Shown here piece by piece: positions 26,180 through 36,385 of a stretch of 64,000 nucleotides of DNA. The stretch is from Marsupella aquatica. Lineage: Eukaryota > Plantae > Marchantiophyta. The notes below the pieces were generated by a model, which saw only the letters and a list, made by a program, of their open reading frames with translations, had not been told where the DNA came from and ran no database searches. Location of the stretch: contig OZ316892.1 of assembly GCA_973895155.1 (NCBI GenBank), positions 5,995,878 to 6,059,877 on the forward strand, in the 5' to 3' direction. A program made the translations under genes and the position numbers. How positions within the stretch are numbered: the first letter of the stretch is position 1; every line of letters starts with the position of its first letter.

Positions 26180-26740
26180 GCACCCGGGTTCGGAAGCAGT
26201 CCGGGAAAGGAAACGTCCGGTTCGGGGTTCGGGTTCGGGAGGAGGTTCGGGAGAGGTTCGGGTGGGGGTCCGGGTGACTAATCGGGTCCGGGTCCGGGTC
26301 CGGGTCCGGGGCGGAGGCGCTCGGTGGGGGCTCGGGGTGGGGTCCGGGTGGGGTTCGGGTCCGCTCGGTGGGGGTTCGGGGTGGGGTCCGGGTGCGGCTC
26401 GGGTCCGGGAGGAGGAGGTGCGGGGGGTTCGGGTGGGGGTCCGGGTGGGGTTCGGGTCCGGGTCCGAGGGGTTCGGGTTCGGGAGGTACGGGGGGTTCGG
26501 GTGGGGTCCGGGCCCGGGGCGGAGGCGCTCGGTGGGGGTTCGGGGTGGGGTCCGGGTGGGGTTCGGGTCCGGGAGGCCGGGGTGGGTCCGGGTGGGGATC
26601 GGGGTTCGGGGTCCGGTTCGGGGTTCGGGGTCCGGTTCGGGGTTTGGAAGTTCGGGTTCGGGATTGAGGCTCGGAGAATTAGGGTTTCGCAATTTAGGGT
26701 TGGAGGATGGGGCCGGCCGGGAAAGGGTCGGGGGCTCGGG
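26180..26740 (+). repeat. Left subterminal G-rich array (GGGTTCGG/GGGTCCGG) grading into telobox-like TTAGGGTT
   Basis: Dozens of GGGT(T/C)CGG units; TTAGGGTTT at ~26679 and TTTAGGGTT at ~26693. Confidence 0.9.
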
Positions 26741-26774
26741 AGAGGATAAAAGGAGGAGATCCCTCCTCTCCCTC

Positions 26775-26892
26775 CTCATTTTCGGTTTTGCAGAAAGGAG
26801 GAGAGGAGGAGAGGAGGAAGAGGAGAGGAGAGGAGGAGGAGGAGGAGAGGAGGTGGAGGAGGAGGAGGAGGAGAGGAGGAGGAGGAGGAGGT
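26775..26892 (+). repeat. (GGA)n/GA-rich microsatellite ending in a GTAAGT splice-donor-like site
   Basis: Direct reading; GAG|GTAAGT at 26890-26896. Confidence 0.75.
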
Positions 26893-27793
26893 AAGTGTTT
26901 GGTTTTGGTTTTTATTTTTTATTTTTGGTTTGTTTTTATTTGTTTGTGTTTTGTTTTGTGATTTTTTAAGTTTTTTTTGTGTTTTAAACCTTAACCTTAG
27001 AGCCAAATGGAGGGATATAAAGAAACACTTGTACGCACACGCTTTGAGCCTCGGTTCAGTTTGCGATACTCCGTACAAGAATTTCTTAATATCACCTTAA
27101 CAATTTAGTCTCCTTTGTTCATTAAGTAAAACATTTGCGGAGATAGAGGAATCCATGTACGCATGCTTAGAGTTTTGGCTCGGTCTGCGATACTTTGCAT
27201 GGATACCACGATTCGTCGAGAATGTTTTTACTTGAATTACAAATGAGTGTTAAGTTATAGACACCAAATCACATATGTCGAAGCAGGAATATAACAACTT
27301 TGAAAGAAAAGAACACTTTTGTGCGCATGCTTTGAGCGTCCACTCGGTCTGCGATATTTCACAAGTGTTGTCTTTCTCTTTTATTGTTGTTATATAGAAA
27401 GGTAATTAAAATCATGTGTGCAATAAAAATACATAATGCATGGGAGAAATAAACCGGGAAAAGATAATAACAATACGACTTGTAATTTTCAGGTTGGTCG
27501 TTGAATCCTTATTGGAAGGATTTTATTTAAATCCCAGTAAGATCTTGTTCCTCCCTCACATATTCCTTTTGTGAAGGGAAAACATGGTCATCGAAAATTT
27601 TAGTTTAGAGTATAGGCAAGTGTTGAAGATGATCACAAAACATGTGAATGAGGGATATGAGCCGAATCTTGTTGCTCTGGATGCATTGAAGAACGCTCGA
27701 AACACTCTCGAACATGCTAGGAATTCTAGCAAAGTGGCCGGGAAATGAAAACGGAAGGGGGCAAACGAAGAGGCAAAACAGGTTCGACACAAT

Positions 27794-29239
27794 GTGGTAG
27801 TGTCGATATGGAAAGAGATACTTTATCGCTACACTCAACCGAAACAGTATGGGGTGGACGGGTTCGAGAGGGAGTTCACAAGACACGGAGAGAAAGGATA
27901 CAAGAACTTTCTTGGTGAGATAACCCGTTGTATGCGGGAAAGTGTACAAAAGGAGGACAATTTCACACGAGAGCAAATGAAGTCATTTGAAGATGAAACT
28001 GAGAAACCGGGAGGATTTCTGGAAAATTTGGCACTCAACTTGGAGAAGCATGTTTGGGATAATTTGGCAGCCAAAGTGGAAGAGGGTGACACTACATTGC
28101 TTGGAAACCCCGGGATGTACACACACAAGAGAGAATTGCTAGTGAAGTGGAGTAAGGAGTTGGCAATGGCAAAATCTGATAGCAATGTCAAATATGCTAA
28201 CGAGATTGTGCACTTTGGGGATGTCAGCATCAAAAGTGCTCGAAAAGGAACACGTCCATCGCGTGTAGTTCCAGAGGTTAGGAGTATCCATTTTCTTAAA
28301 CCTGAGCAGGTGCACAACACACGTCGCATTGGGAAAGGAATCCAAGGAGAGGTATACACTTGTCGTATATTACATTGTCCTCTCATTCCCGTCAACGTGA
28401 CCTTAGTCGCAAAGCGGTTCAAGGATGGAGACAAGCATAAGAGACGAACTGACGCATTACAAGAAGTGCTTATGGGAGGACTGAATCATAAGGGAATCGT
28501 TGGAGCTCTTGCGTTGACTATTGAGGATCCGCCAAAACTTATTTACGATCACTATAATGGAGGTGACTTGGGTAGCTTTATTGATAAGTGCAGCATATCG
28601 TCAAAGAGCAAGGGGAAGGCACAGATCACGATGGACCTTGATTTCAAGTTTATTTCGGAGAAGAAACTCTTGTTGGAGAACCGGTTGGGAATCGCCTTGG
28701 CTTTGCTGGAGACACTGCAATACTTGCATGAGCATGATCGATTTCATTGTGATCTTCACTTTGGAAACATCCTTCTTCATTTCGATCACGAGCACGATGT
28801 GGCTATTAAGGTGTATGTTGGTTTATGTGATTTTGGCTTGTCTAAGCATAAATCACAGTGCAAATTACCAGCTAATCGGATGTGGCCCACAGCAACAGAA
28901 AAAGCAGCAACATACCAAAAACAATTTCCACAGTTGGCTCCGGAGCTTGTTCAACCTACCCCTGTCGAGTTTAGTGAAAGTACCGATATATATGCTTTGG
29001 GGAATATTTTTGAGACATTGTTGACAGAGAATTGGGATGGAATGTCTAAGGGTTCACGGTTTTTGGGGAGGGGTTGGAGTGCACAAGTGCATGGCCCCAA
29101 ATTGGATATCATAATCAGTGAAATGATGGCCACGGATGCCAAGAAAAGAATGGATTGTGCTTTTTGGAGTTTGAAGATAGTTCGAATGTTTCCAGATTGC
29201 ACATTGCATTTGCACAACAGTCCATATCTTAGAGATTAG
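27794..29239 (+). CDS. Protein kinase (ePK fold) carried by the hAT element; N-terminal extension broken by two in-frame TGA
   Basis: IGKGIQGEVY (Gly loop), VAK, QE (helix C), HCDLHFGNILL (catalytic loop), DFGLS, LAPEL, DIYALG; intronless; the frame extends upstream past TGA at 27746 and 27572. Confidence 0.88.
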   Translation: MVVSIWKEILYRYTQPKQYGVDGFEREFTRHGEKGYKNFLGEITRCMRESVQKEDNFTREQMKSFEDETEKPGGFLENLALNLEKHVWDNLAAKVEEGDTTLLGNPGMYTHKRELLVKWSKELAMAKSDSNVKYANEIVHFGDVSIKSARKGTRPSRVVPEVRSIHFLKPEQVHNTRRIGKGIQGEVYTCRILHCPLIPVNVTLVAKRFKDGDKHKRRTDALQEVLMGGLNHKGIVGALALTIEDPPKLIYDHYNGGDLGSFIDKCSISSKSKGKAQITMDLDFKFISEKKLLLENRLGIALALLETLQYLHEHDRFHCDLHFGNILLHFDHEHDVAIKVYVGLCDFGLSKHKSQCKLPANRMWPTATEKAATYQKQFPQLAPELVQPTPVEFSESTDIYALGNIFETLLTENWDGMSKGSRFLGRGWSAQVHGPKLDIIISEMMATDAKKRMDCAFWSLKIVRMFPDCTLHLHNSPYLRD

Positions 29240-29419
29240 GGTTTACACAATTTTGTAAAGGTCACCTTAACGATTATATGTTTATTCATTGTATGTCAAT
29301 TACAATGTTCTGCATTTTGTTGATAATATTCTATCAAACTTTGTCGTGAATGCCCAAAATTGTGCTAAATGTGTTTGTACATTGTCAAATATCGCAGATC
29401 TTTTGTACACATCGCAAAC

Positions 29420-31318
29420 ATGGGACGATGGGAATTGTCTTCTGATGATGAAGACAAAGAGTTCACGACACAACATCTTACCATGCAAGATGGTCAAGGA
29501 TCCTATTGTGACGATGAAGCTCTTCGTAATAATGTGTTGGATAATCTTACAACCATTGGCATTCACTATGAGGCTAAACCCAAGGTTGATGGAACACCGG
29601 CGCCAAACACAAGAAGATGGGAAGATGAGGGTATGAAGGATGAATGGAGTATATTAACGCCCAATGTAAATCCTCCCCATGACGAATGGGCCATGAATGC
29701 AAAGGAATTGGAGATGTTGATGCCAAAGAAAGACTTTTGGCCATTAGCACAACAAGTTTTTCACGATCCGGATCTTTGGGCAACAAGATCATGGGCGCAA
29801 GAAAAATTCACCATGTCCAAAGTAACACATGCAGGTGTTAAATCACATTGGCAGCAACAATATCGAGAGTTTGCTCCACACAAAGCCCAAACGAAAATGA
29901 GTTCCGTTTACCCTCCTTTTATCCGATGTCTGATTGCTGAATTCATTCTCAAGTGGAAGGTGGATTACCGTTGGGAAAACAGTGCTGGCAAGCTGACTCA
30001 TCAGGTGCATCCATCAGTGGTTGCGATTGCAACGAATAGGAATACAACTATTGCAAAGGACCCTTCAATGGAGACTTCCAACAAGGGATCCAAAAGAAAG
30101 CTAGATGACACTGGGGAGGGATATGCGCATGAGAAGGGGAAAGCGGCTGTACTTCCTCGAGTCTCCATGCCTGACCGTGCAGCACCACCAACCAATGTGG
30201 AGTCAACGCACACCAAAAAACCAATCCTTGTAGGTGTTGGGAGTAGAACTCCACATGCAAAGAACAACAATGTTACTGATGCTAACAAGGATAAGTTCAA
30301 CCTGCACAACATATGCAAGAGCTTGGGGGCAGATGTTGCAGAGGTGATTGAGACAAATCTCCGCACGAAGTATGTAGTGGAGCTATGTGAATGTGGCAGC
30401 ATCGAAAAGTTCAAGTCACAATTGCAACAAGCTGATATAAAGATGAGATCACTTGAGAAGAAGCAGAACGAGCCGACGACCAATTCGGAAGTGATGTTGT
30501 ACAAGTGTCAATTGTTTGACAAGATGGAAGAAATCAATAAGCTGACAAAACAACTTGCTGAAAAAGAGCGTCAATGCAATGAACTGGCACGACTTGAGGA
30601 GAAGGACAAGATCATTAATGATCTTAAAAGTGAACTTGCAACGCAAGCAATCATCATATCAAATCTTCACGAAGAGGTGCAAGAATTTAACAATGGTGCT
30701 TTGGGGATGAGGTCAAACAAAGGGCAAGGTGAATTATCGTCGCCAAATTTTGTTAACATGCAAATCATAGATCCTACAGGGCACAGCAACCTTTTTCCAG
30801 ATGTGGAGGTTGACGCGGAAGGTATTGATAGGTTTTTTGATAAGTGGAAAAAGGATGAAACTATGACAGCATTTGTTCGTGAAAAGGATGACAAGTGTAC
30901 TTGGTGCCTATATCCTTGGGGCCCTGAATCTGTTTCCATGTTGGGAACCTGCGGTCATATATGGCATCATGCTTGCTTGTCTAAATGGTTGAAGAAAAGC
31001 CGAAAATGTTGGTGTCGCACACCATTTCATGAACGTGAGTATGAGCAACGAGGATTGTTGAAGCAAATGCCATCAATAGAGACTCAACAAAATACTGAAG
31101 ATATGACTGAAGATATGACTGAAGATACTATACCGGCGATGCAAATAGATGAAACTCCCATTGAACATTTCACAATCAATGAATATAATTTGTCAGATGG
31201 GGAATTTGACAGGTTGTTATTCAGTGGTCGACTCGATGAGTGGAAACAATATGCGGCAGCCAACCAGCCATCAATAGATGAGCAAAATTTGCAACGATCC
31301 ATTTGGCGCCATCGATGA
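29420..31318 (+). CDS. Coiled-coil + RING-H2-like protein carried by the hAT element (ATG at 29420; ORF track starts at 29369)
   Basis: Intronless ORF over 630 aa; heptad-rich KMEEINKLTKQLAEKERQ region; CTWC..CGHIWHHACLSKWL..KCWC zinc finger. Confidence 0.8.
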   Translation: MGRWELSSDDEDKEFTTQHLTMQDGQGSYCDDEALRNNVLDNLTTIGIHYEAKPKVDGTPAPNTRRWEDEGMKDEWSILTPNVNPPHDEWAMNAKELEMLMPKKDFWPLAQQVFHDPDLWATRSWAQEKFTMSKVTHAGVKSHWQQQYREFAPHKAQTKMSSVYPPFIRCLIAEFILKWKVDYRWENSAGKLTHQVHPSVVAIATNRNTTIAKDPSMETSNKGSKRKLDDTGEGYAHEKGKAAVLPRVSMPDRAAPPTNVESTHTKKPILVGVGSRTPHAKNNNVTDANKDKFNLHNICKSLGADVAEVIETNLRTKYVVELCECGSIEKFKSQLQQADIKMRSLEKKQNEPTTNSEVMLYKCQLFDKMEEINKLTKQLAEKERQCNELARLEEKDKIINDLKSELATQAIIISNLHEEVQEFNNGALGMRSNKGQGELSSPNFVNMQIIDPTGHSNLFPDVEVDAEGIDRFFDKWKKDETMTAFVREKDDKCTWCLYPWGPESVSMLGTCGHIWHHACLSKWLKKSRKCWCRTPFHEREYEQRGLLKQMPSIETQQNTEDMTEDMTEDTIPAMQIDETPIEHFTINEYNLSDGEFDRLLFSGRLDEWKQYAAANQPSIDEQNLQRSIWRHR

Positions 31319-31879
31319 CGTCAACAACAGGCAGAGGTGAAAACAGAAGTTGTTGACAATAACAACAAAAGGAACTAAAACCAATAGTCTCTACATTTTG
31401 ATGTTATTTTCATGTAGTTACTATTAGAGACATTTTGTTAAAATAGAAGCGGCATATCCTCTTTGACAATTATTTTCAACTTGTAATTGGTAAAGAGATT
31501 TTGGAGTGACATTACATTGCATATCTCGTTGAGTACATATATTTTTCATTGGGGGCATGGCGTCGCCTTTTGGAGAATGTGTATTTTCGTAAGAATATTC
31601 CATCCTCCAATCAGCCATAGGTTTTGGAAGCATATTGTCGGGCTCACAATCATATTTTTGGACAAGTATGAGGAAAATAGACGTGATGAGAGACGGTAGC
31701 ACAGTAGACTCAGGTACTGATCCTTCTCTGAAATCATTTCCAAAAGGAGATCGTGTAGCACAATGAGTTCAACAAAGTCAACATCGCAATGGTTTTAGCC
31801 GCCCAAGTTGAGAATGATTTTGTAGAAGGATGTATACCTAAGTCCACTCACTTTTCCTGTCTTTCATAATTTTTTCCGC

Positions 31880-33210
31880 TATTGCTGCTACGGCCAATGA
31901 CATTCATGCACATGCGAACCGAGGCCAACGCCTACTCCTTTGCCCACCGCAAAAATGGGCCCTCATTACAACTTGAAGTTGAACGGAGTTTATTTGAGTA
32001 CGAGAGAAGTTCTGAAAGCAAATGCACTCTCAGGTCAAATTTTCAGGTCCTTCGAGCAAAAAATTACTGAGTATGTCATCGATCCGTTGGTTTCACAACT
32101 TCTCTCGTACTCAAATAAACTCTGTTCAACTTCAAGTAGCGTAGCTGCTACGACCAATGACATTCATGGGCATGCAAACCGAGGCCAACGCCTCTACATT
32201 TGCCTACCCCAAAAATGGGCCCTGATTAGAACTTGAAGTTGAACAGAGTTTTTTTCATTATGAGAAGGTTTATTCAAGCAATGGCACTCTCAGGTCAATA
32301 TTTCAGGTCCTCCTGACTTTGTTATTATTGAATATGTTCGTGCTCCGTTGCTTGAATAAATCTTCTGATAATGAAATGAACTGACCAATTACTGGAGTAC
32401 GGCTGCTACGGCCTATGACATTAATTCGCACAATTGCATGTTTATATCCTCTCCTTTCCGAATTCCAATTCGAGCTTGGACATCCTCTCGTCAGCTGGTC
32501 TCCACCATTGCAGTTGCTCTTCACGCAAACCAAGATAGCAGTCTCTAGAATCCTCGAACCTATTTTATTTCAATGCATCATTCATAGTGTTTGAGGAATC
32601 CAGAGGTTCGCATGAGGAGCAACTGAAAGGGTGGAGACCTGCTGACGAGAGGGTGTCCAAGCTCGAATTGGAATTCGGACAGGAGAGGATATAAACGGGT
32701 GAACTTTGACTTGAAATTGGTGACTGTATTTTGCGTCTGCATATCAATTTGGTGACCGATCTTGCGGAATCCCCGTGACCGTGTCTGATCATCATCATGA
32801 CATTGCTCTCCTTGGCCACCAATGGGCCCTCATTACAACTTCAAGTTGAACGGGGTTTATATGATTATGAGAAGGTTACTGATTATGTAGGCGATGTGTT
32901 CATTTCACAACTTCTCTCATAGTCATATAAACTCTGCCCAACTTCAAGTAGTGCAGCTGCTACGGTCAACGACATTCACCCACCCCAAAAATGGGCCCTC
33001 ATTACAACTTCAAGTTCAACTAAGTTTATTTTATTACGAGAAGGTTTATTCAAGCAATGACATTCTCAGGTCCAATAATGAGGTCCTCTCGACCTCATTA
33101 TTATTGAATATGACGGTGCTCTATTGCTGGACTAAATCTTCGCATAGTGAAATGAACTAACCAATTAATGGAGGGGGCTAGTATGGACTACGGCTGCTAT
33201 GGCCAACAAC
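31880..33210 (+). repeat. Internal dispersed/tandem repeats between the convergent cargo and transposase genes
   Basis: GCTGCTACGGCCAATGACATTCA and AATGGGCCCTCATTACAACTT.AAGTTGAAC recur at ~31884, 31953, 32144, 32213, 32402, 32821, 32956, 32989. Confidence 0.8.
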
Positions 33211-33445
33211 AAGGTACTTTGAAATAGTCAGTGTTGGAGATTTGGAAAACATGTTGCGTTGGTGTGTCTCTATGGCATTCTCAAATGCAAATACAAATAA
33301 ATTATTCAATCATTGTACAATAATAAACACACTGGAAGACAATACAATCATGTTACAAAAAATATAATTGTTTATAATTTTGTCTATGTCAGATACGACA
33401 ATATAAGAGTAGCAACACTTGATATTATCCTAATGAAAAGATGCT

Positions 33446-35738
33446 TCAAGGCTGTGAAGAGAAATTTCGTGCATTGTTGTTAAGATTTTTGCACAAAAGC
33501 GCATTCCACTCGTCTTGTTTGTCTCCCCAACTGAGTGGATCACGATTGTGTGACTGAACATTGTGCGATGTTTCTTGAAATGATGATATTCCTCGAAACC
33601 CACCAAGGCCAATAGGCCTGTTCGACGTATATGGATTCATGACACTTGGCCCTGCATACGCATTCAAGGGTGGACCTGCATGGTGTTGCCAGTTTGCATG
33701 TGGGTCGTTTGAAGTTTGACCTTCATGATTGTTGTATCCATGAAAAAAGGTTGATGTCCTTCCATTCGTCGGATGCCCTGCTGTGCCTGTGCGTTGCTCG
33801 TTGAAATATGGTCTGCTTGTGTCAACATCATTCGCAAAGTTCGACCAAGGTGACCTTGGTTGGGAAGGCATCATAAAGTTTATGTCCAGTGATGCATCTT
33901 CCTCGTCTTGGATTTGCGATTCATCAATTGTAGGATACATCTCCAAATCCATTTCATTCTCCCATTCCTCTGCAGCAGTGATGTCTGTATCTGGTGGAAT
34001 ACGAGTCAAGAACTCACTATCCTTATCCAGTGAAAATCCGTGTAGCAATTCATCAGCATCATCAATTGTATCATAATCTTCGACATCTTCTTCACCAAGA
34101 GCCGCACGTGTTGCATCGTACTCTTCATTGCTGCACAACTCCATGGAGATAGGTCTAGGTCCATCATTTGTTCTTCTTCTTTGGTCATAACGTTCATATA
34201 TAAACGTATGCGGGTTTCGAACATTTGTGAGCCCTTTCTCTACCCTCATGTTTGTAAATACAAACACCAAATCTTTTGCTCGATCATTTGTCAATCGATT
34301 GCGACTTTTGGAATGTATAAATCCATACGAACTCCAGTTTCGCTCGCAAGCTGATGCGCACACTTTTTGGTGTAAGATTCTTCGCGCCAGGATTCTCAAA
34401 TATTTATAATCTGCACCATACGCATGCCACCACTCTGCTGGACTGACATTACCTATACTTGATTGGGCGGCTCCCATCGCTATTGATGTGTTGGGATTTT
34501 TTTTGGGCGTCAATGGCTTGACTGTGGATGGCAGAAATAAGTTCTCTGACGTCGCGATCATGGTTGATCCCCTCCTTCACCTGTTGTTCTGAATATCTAG
34601 CAATGTATTCACTGAAACCCCTGTAGAGTTCTGGATCTCCAGCGACATCTATGTCCTCATCAAAAAACATTTGGGGATTGAGATATGTTGTCGCTAGCAT
34701 GAAATCAGTGGTAAGAGATTTTTTTCGATCCAAATACACTTTTAGTATCTTCGGTTTCAATACCTCTGTTACCAATGGACAATCCTCCATGCTTGCTTTC
34801 AAAACATCAATCCCTCTTTTCAAACTCCAATACAACCAACCTGATTGCGGAGAATCACCATCAAATTCTCGCAACATCTTGACCAACGGAGTAAAGAATT
34901 TAACTATATCCTTCACTTCAACCCAAAATGTATCTTGCTGTATCCACATTTTAAGTTCGTCTGCCTTTCCCCTCGTCATGTGTCCAGCTGATTTTGGTCG
35001 CAATGGAAGTCTATCACGATAAGACTGCCAATTATCATCAATGACCATCTGTTGTAAAGCTCCTCTTAGCTCCAACGCTCTTTGTGCCATTAGGAAATTG
35101 GTCGCAAATCTAGTTGCATTTGGATTCAACAGTTTTTTGTCAGGAGATTTTCTTGCAAATATTGCAGAAAGCTTTTGCGATGATGAAACTGCTTTTACTA
35201 TCCACCTCAACTGTTTAAAAATCTTTTGGAATGGATTCTGTCCAGCATCATCTAGCACTACACGCTTGTGACCACACATATCCTCTAGCAGCAAATTAAA
35301 CACGTGGGCAGCACACCAGCTCCAAGTGACATGAGGATACTTTTTCATGACTACCTCACAACCTGCTACGCGATTTGCGGGTGCTCCATCAGTTACAATT
35401 TGAATAATATGATCTGCACCAATATCCTCAATGTATTTCAACCACATGTCGCCAAGATATTTCCCATCTTTCTTGTCAGCTTGCGCAGCATTCCAACTAT
35501 CCAAGAAGAAGTCACCTTTAGAAGTCAACAACATGACATTCATCAAAGGTTCTCTTCGGACGTTTTCCCATCCATCTGAAGAAAGAGAATACCCATAAGG
35601 TTTTGCCTCCTTTAAAGTTTGCATCATGTCCTTTGTGAGATCCTCCTTACTGTCTTCCAATAATTTCAATCGCAAACTTCGCATCGTAGGTAGAGAATAA
35701 CCATTGACAATCCCTTTTGAAGTCTCTATGACTGCTTC
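33446..35738 (-). pseudogene. hAT transposase, catalytic and C-terminal part (DUF659 + dimerisation domain), with a 1-nt frameshift in the A8 run at 34497-34504
   Basis: SDGW, VTDGA, WCAAHVFNL, TRFATNF, WWHAYG..ARRIL..ASACERNWS..KSRNRL. Confidence 0.93.
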
Positions 35739-36199
35739 CTCGGGGGTCTCACTATATGGAGGACCCCCCCATCACCTGCGACGTTTTCATGCCTAGACCC
35801 CCATACTTATTAAGTTGAATTTTTTTTTTCCTCCCTCTTTCTTTCTTCTAAGAGTCTAAAATCCAAATTGTATTGCCCCTATAATTTGTGAAGTAAAGTG
35901 TCACATATCAATATAAAATGCCTAGAAAGAAAAGATAAGTCTATGTCAGTACCTTGTGAAGTCGTATGTCAGACATGGCACGCCCTGCAACAGTTCTTGC
36001 ACCTTTGTCAACCTTAAACTTTGATCATTTCAATGCATCATTTATATTGTGTACCTAAAAGGTCATCCCAATATAAACCTTACGTGCATAAGTGGGATGG
36101 CCTTTAAGGTCACAACATAAATAATCCATTCCACCCATTGATCACCAATCCCATGCTCCATCCATACTCCATTTAAAACTTATGTTGAGAGATGTAACA

Positions 36200-36283
36200 T
36201 GTGACGGAGGGGAATTGAACCCCTAATTGAGAAAGGATCTCAAGTTGCCAATCCGTCACCCCCTATCCTATCCCACTACACCC
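36200..36283 (-). other. Short tRNA-like/SINE-head fragment
   Basis: Minus strand reads GGTGTAGTGGGATAGG..GGGGTTCAATTCCCCT (A-box-like, then a T-arm/B-box hairpin); no convincing full cloverleaf. Confidence 0.35.
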
Positions 36284-36385
36284 ACTAATATTAACAAAAT
36301 AAAACATATATACAGACTCTCAAAAACTAAACAACAAAATAAAACATATATACAGACTCTCAAAAACTAAACAGTAACATGATAT

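Noticed and set aside
26114-26961. Pro-rich and Gly/Arg-rich ORFs (extensin-like) on both strands
   Set aside because: Artefacts of the stop-free GC-rich subterminal array; open in nearly all frames
27835-30504. Antisense ORFs of 199 aa and 167 aa opposite the kinase and RING genes
   Set aside because: Shadow ORFs of the real plus-strand coding sequences
36200-36283. Functional tRNA gene
   Set aside because: Only a T-arm/B-box-like hairpin; acceptor and anticodon stems are not convincing
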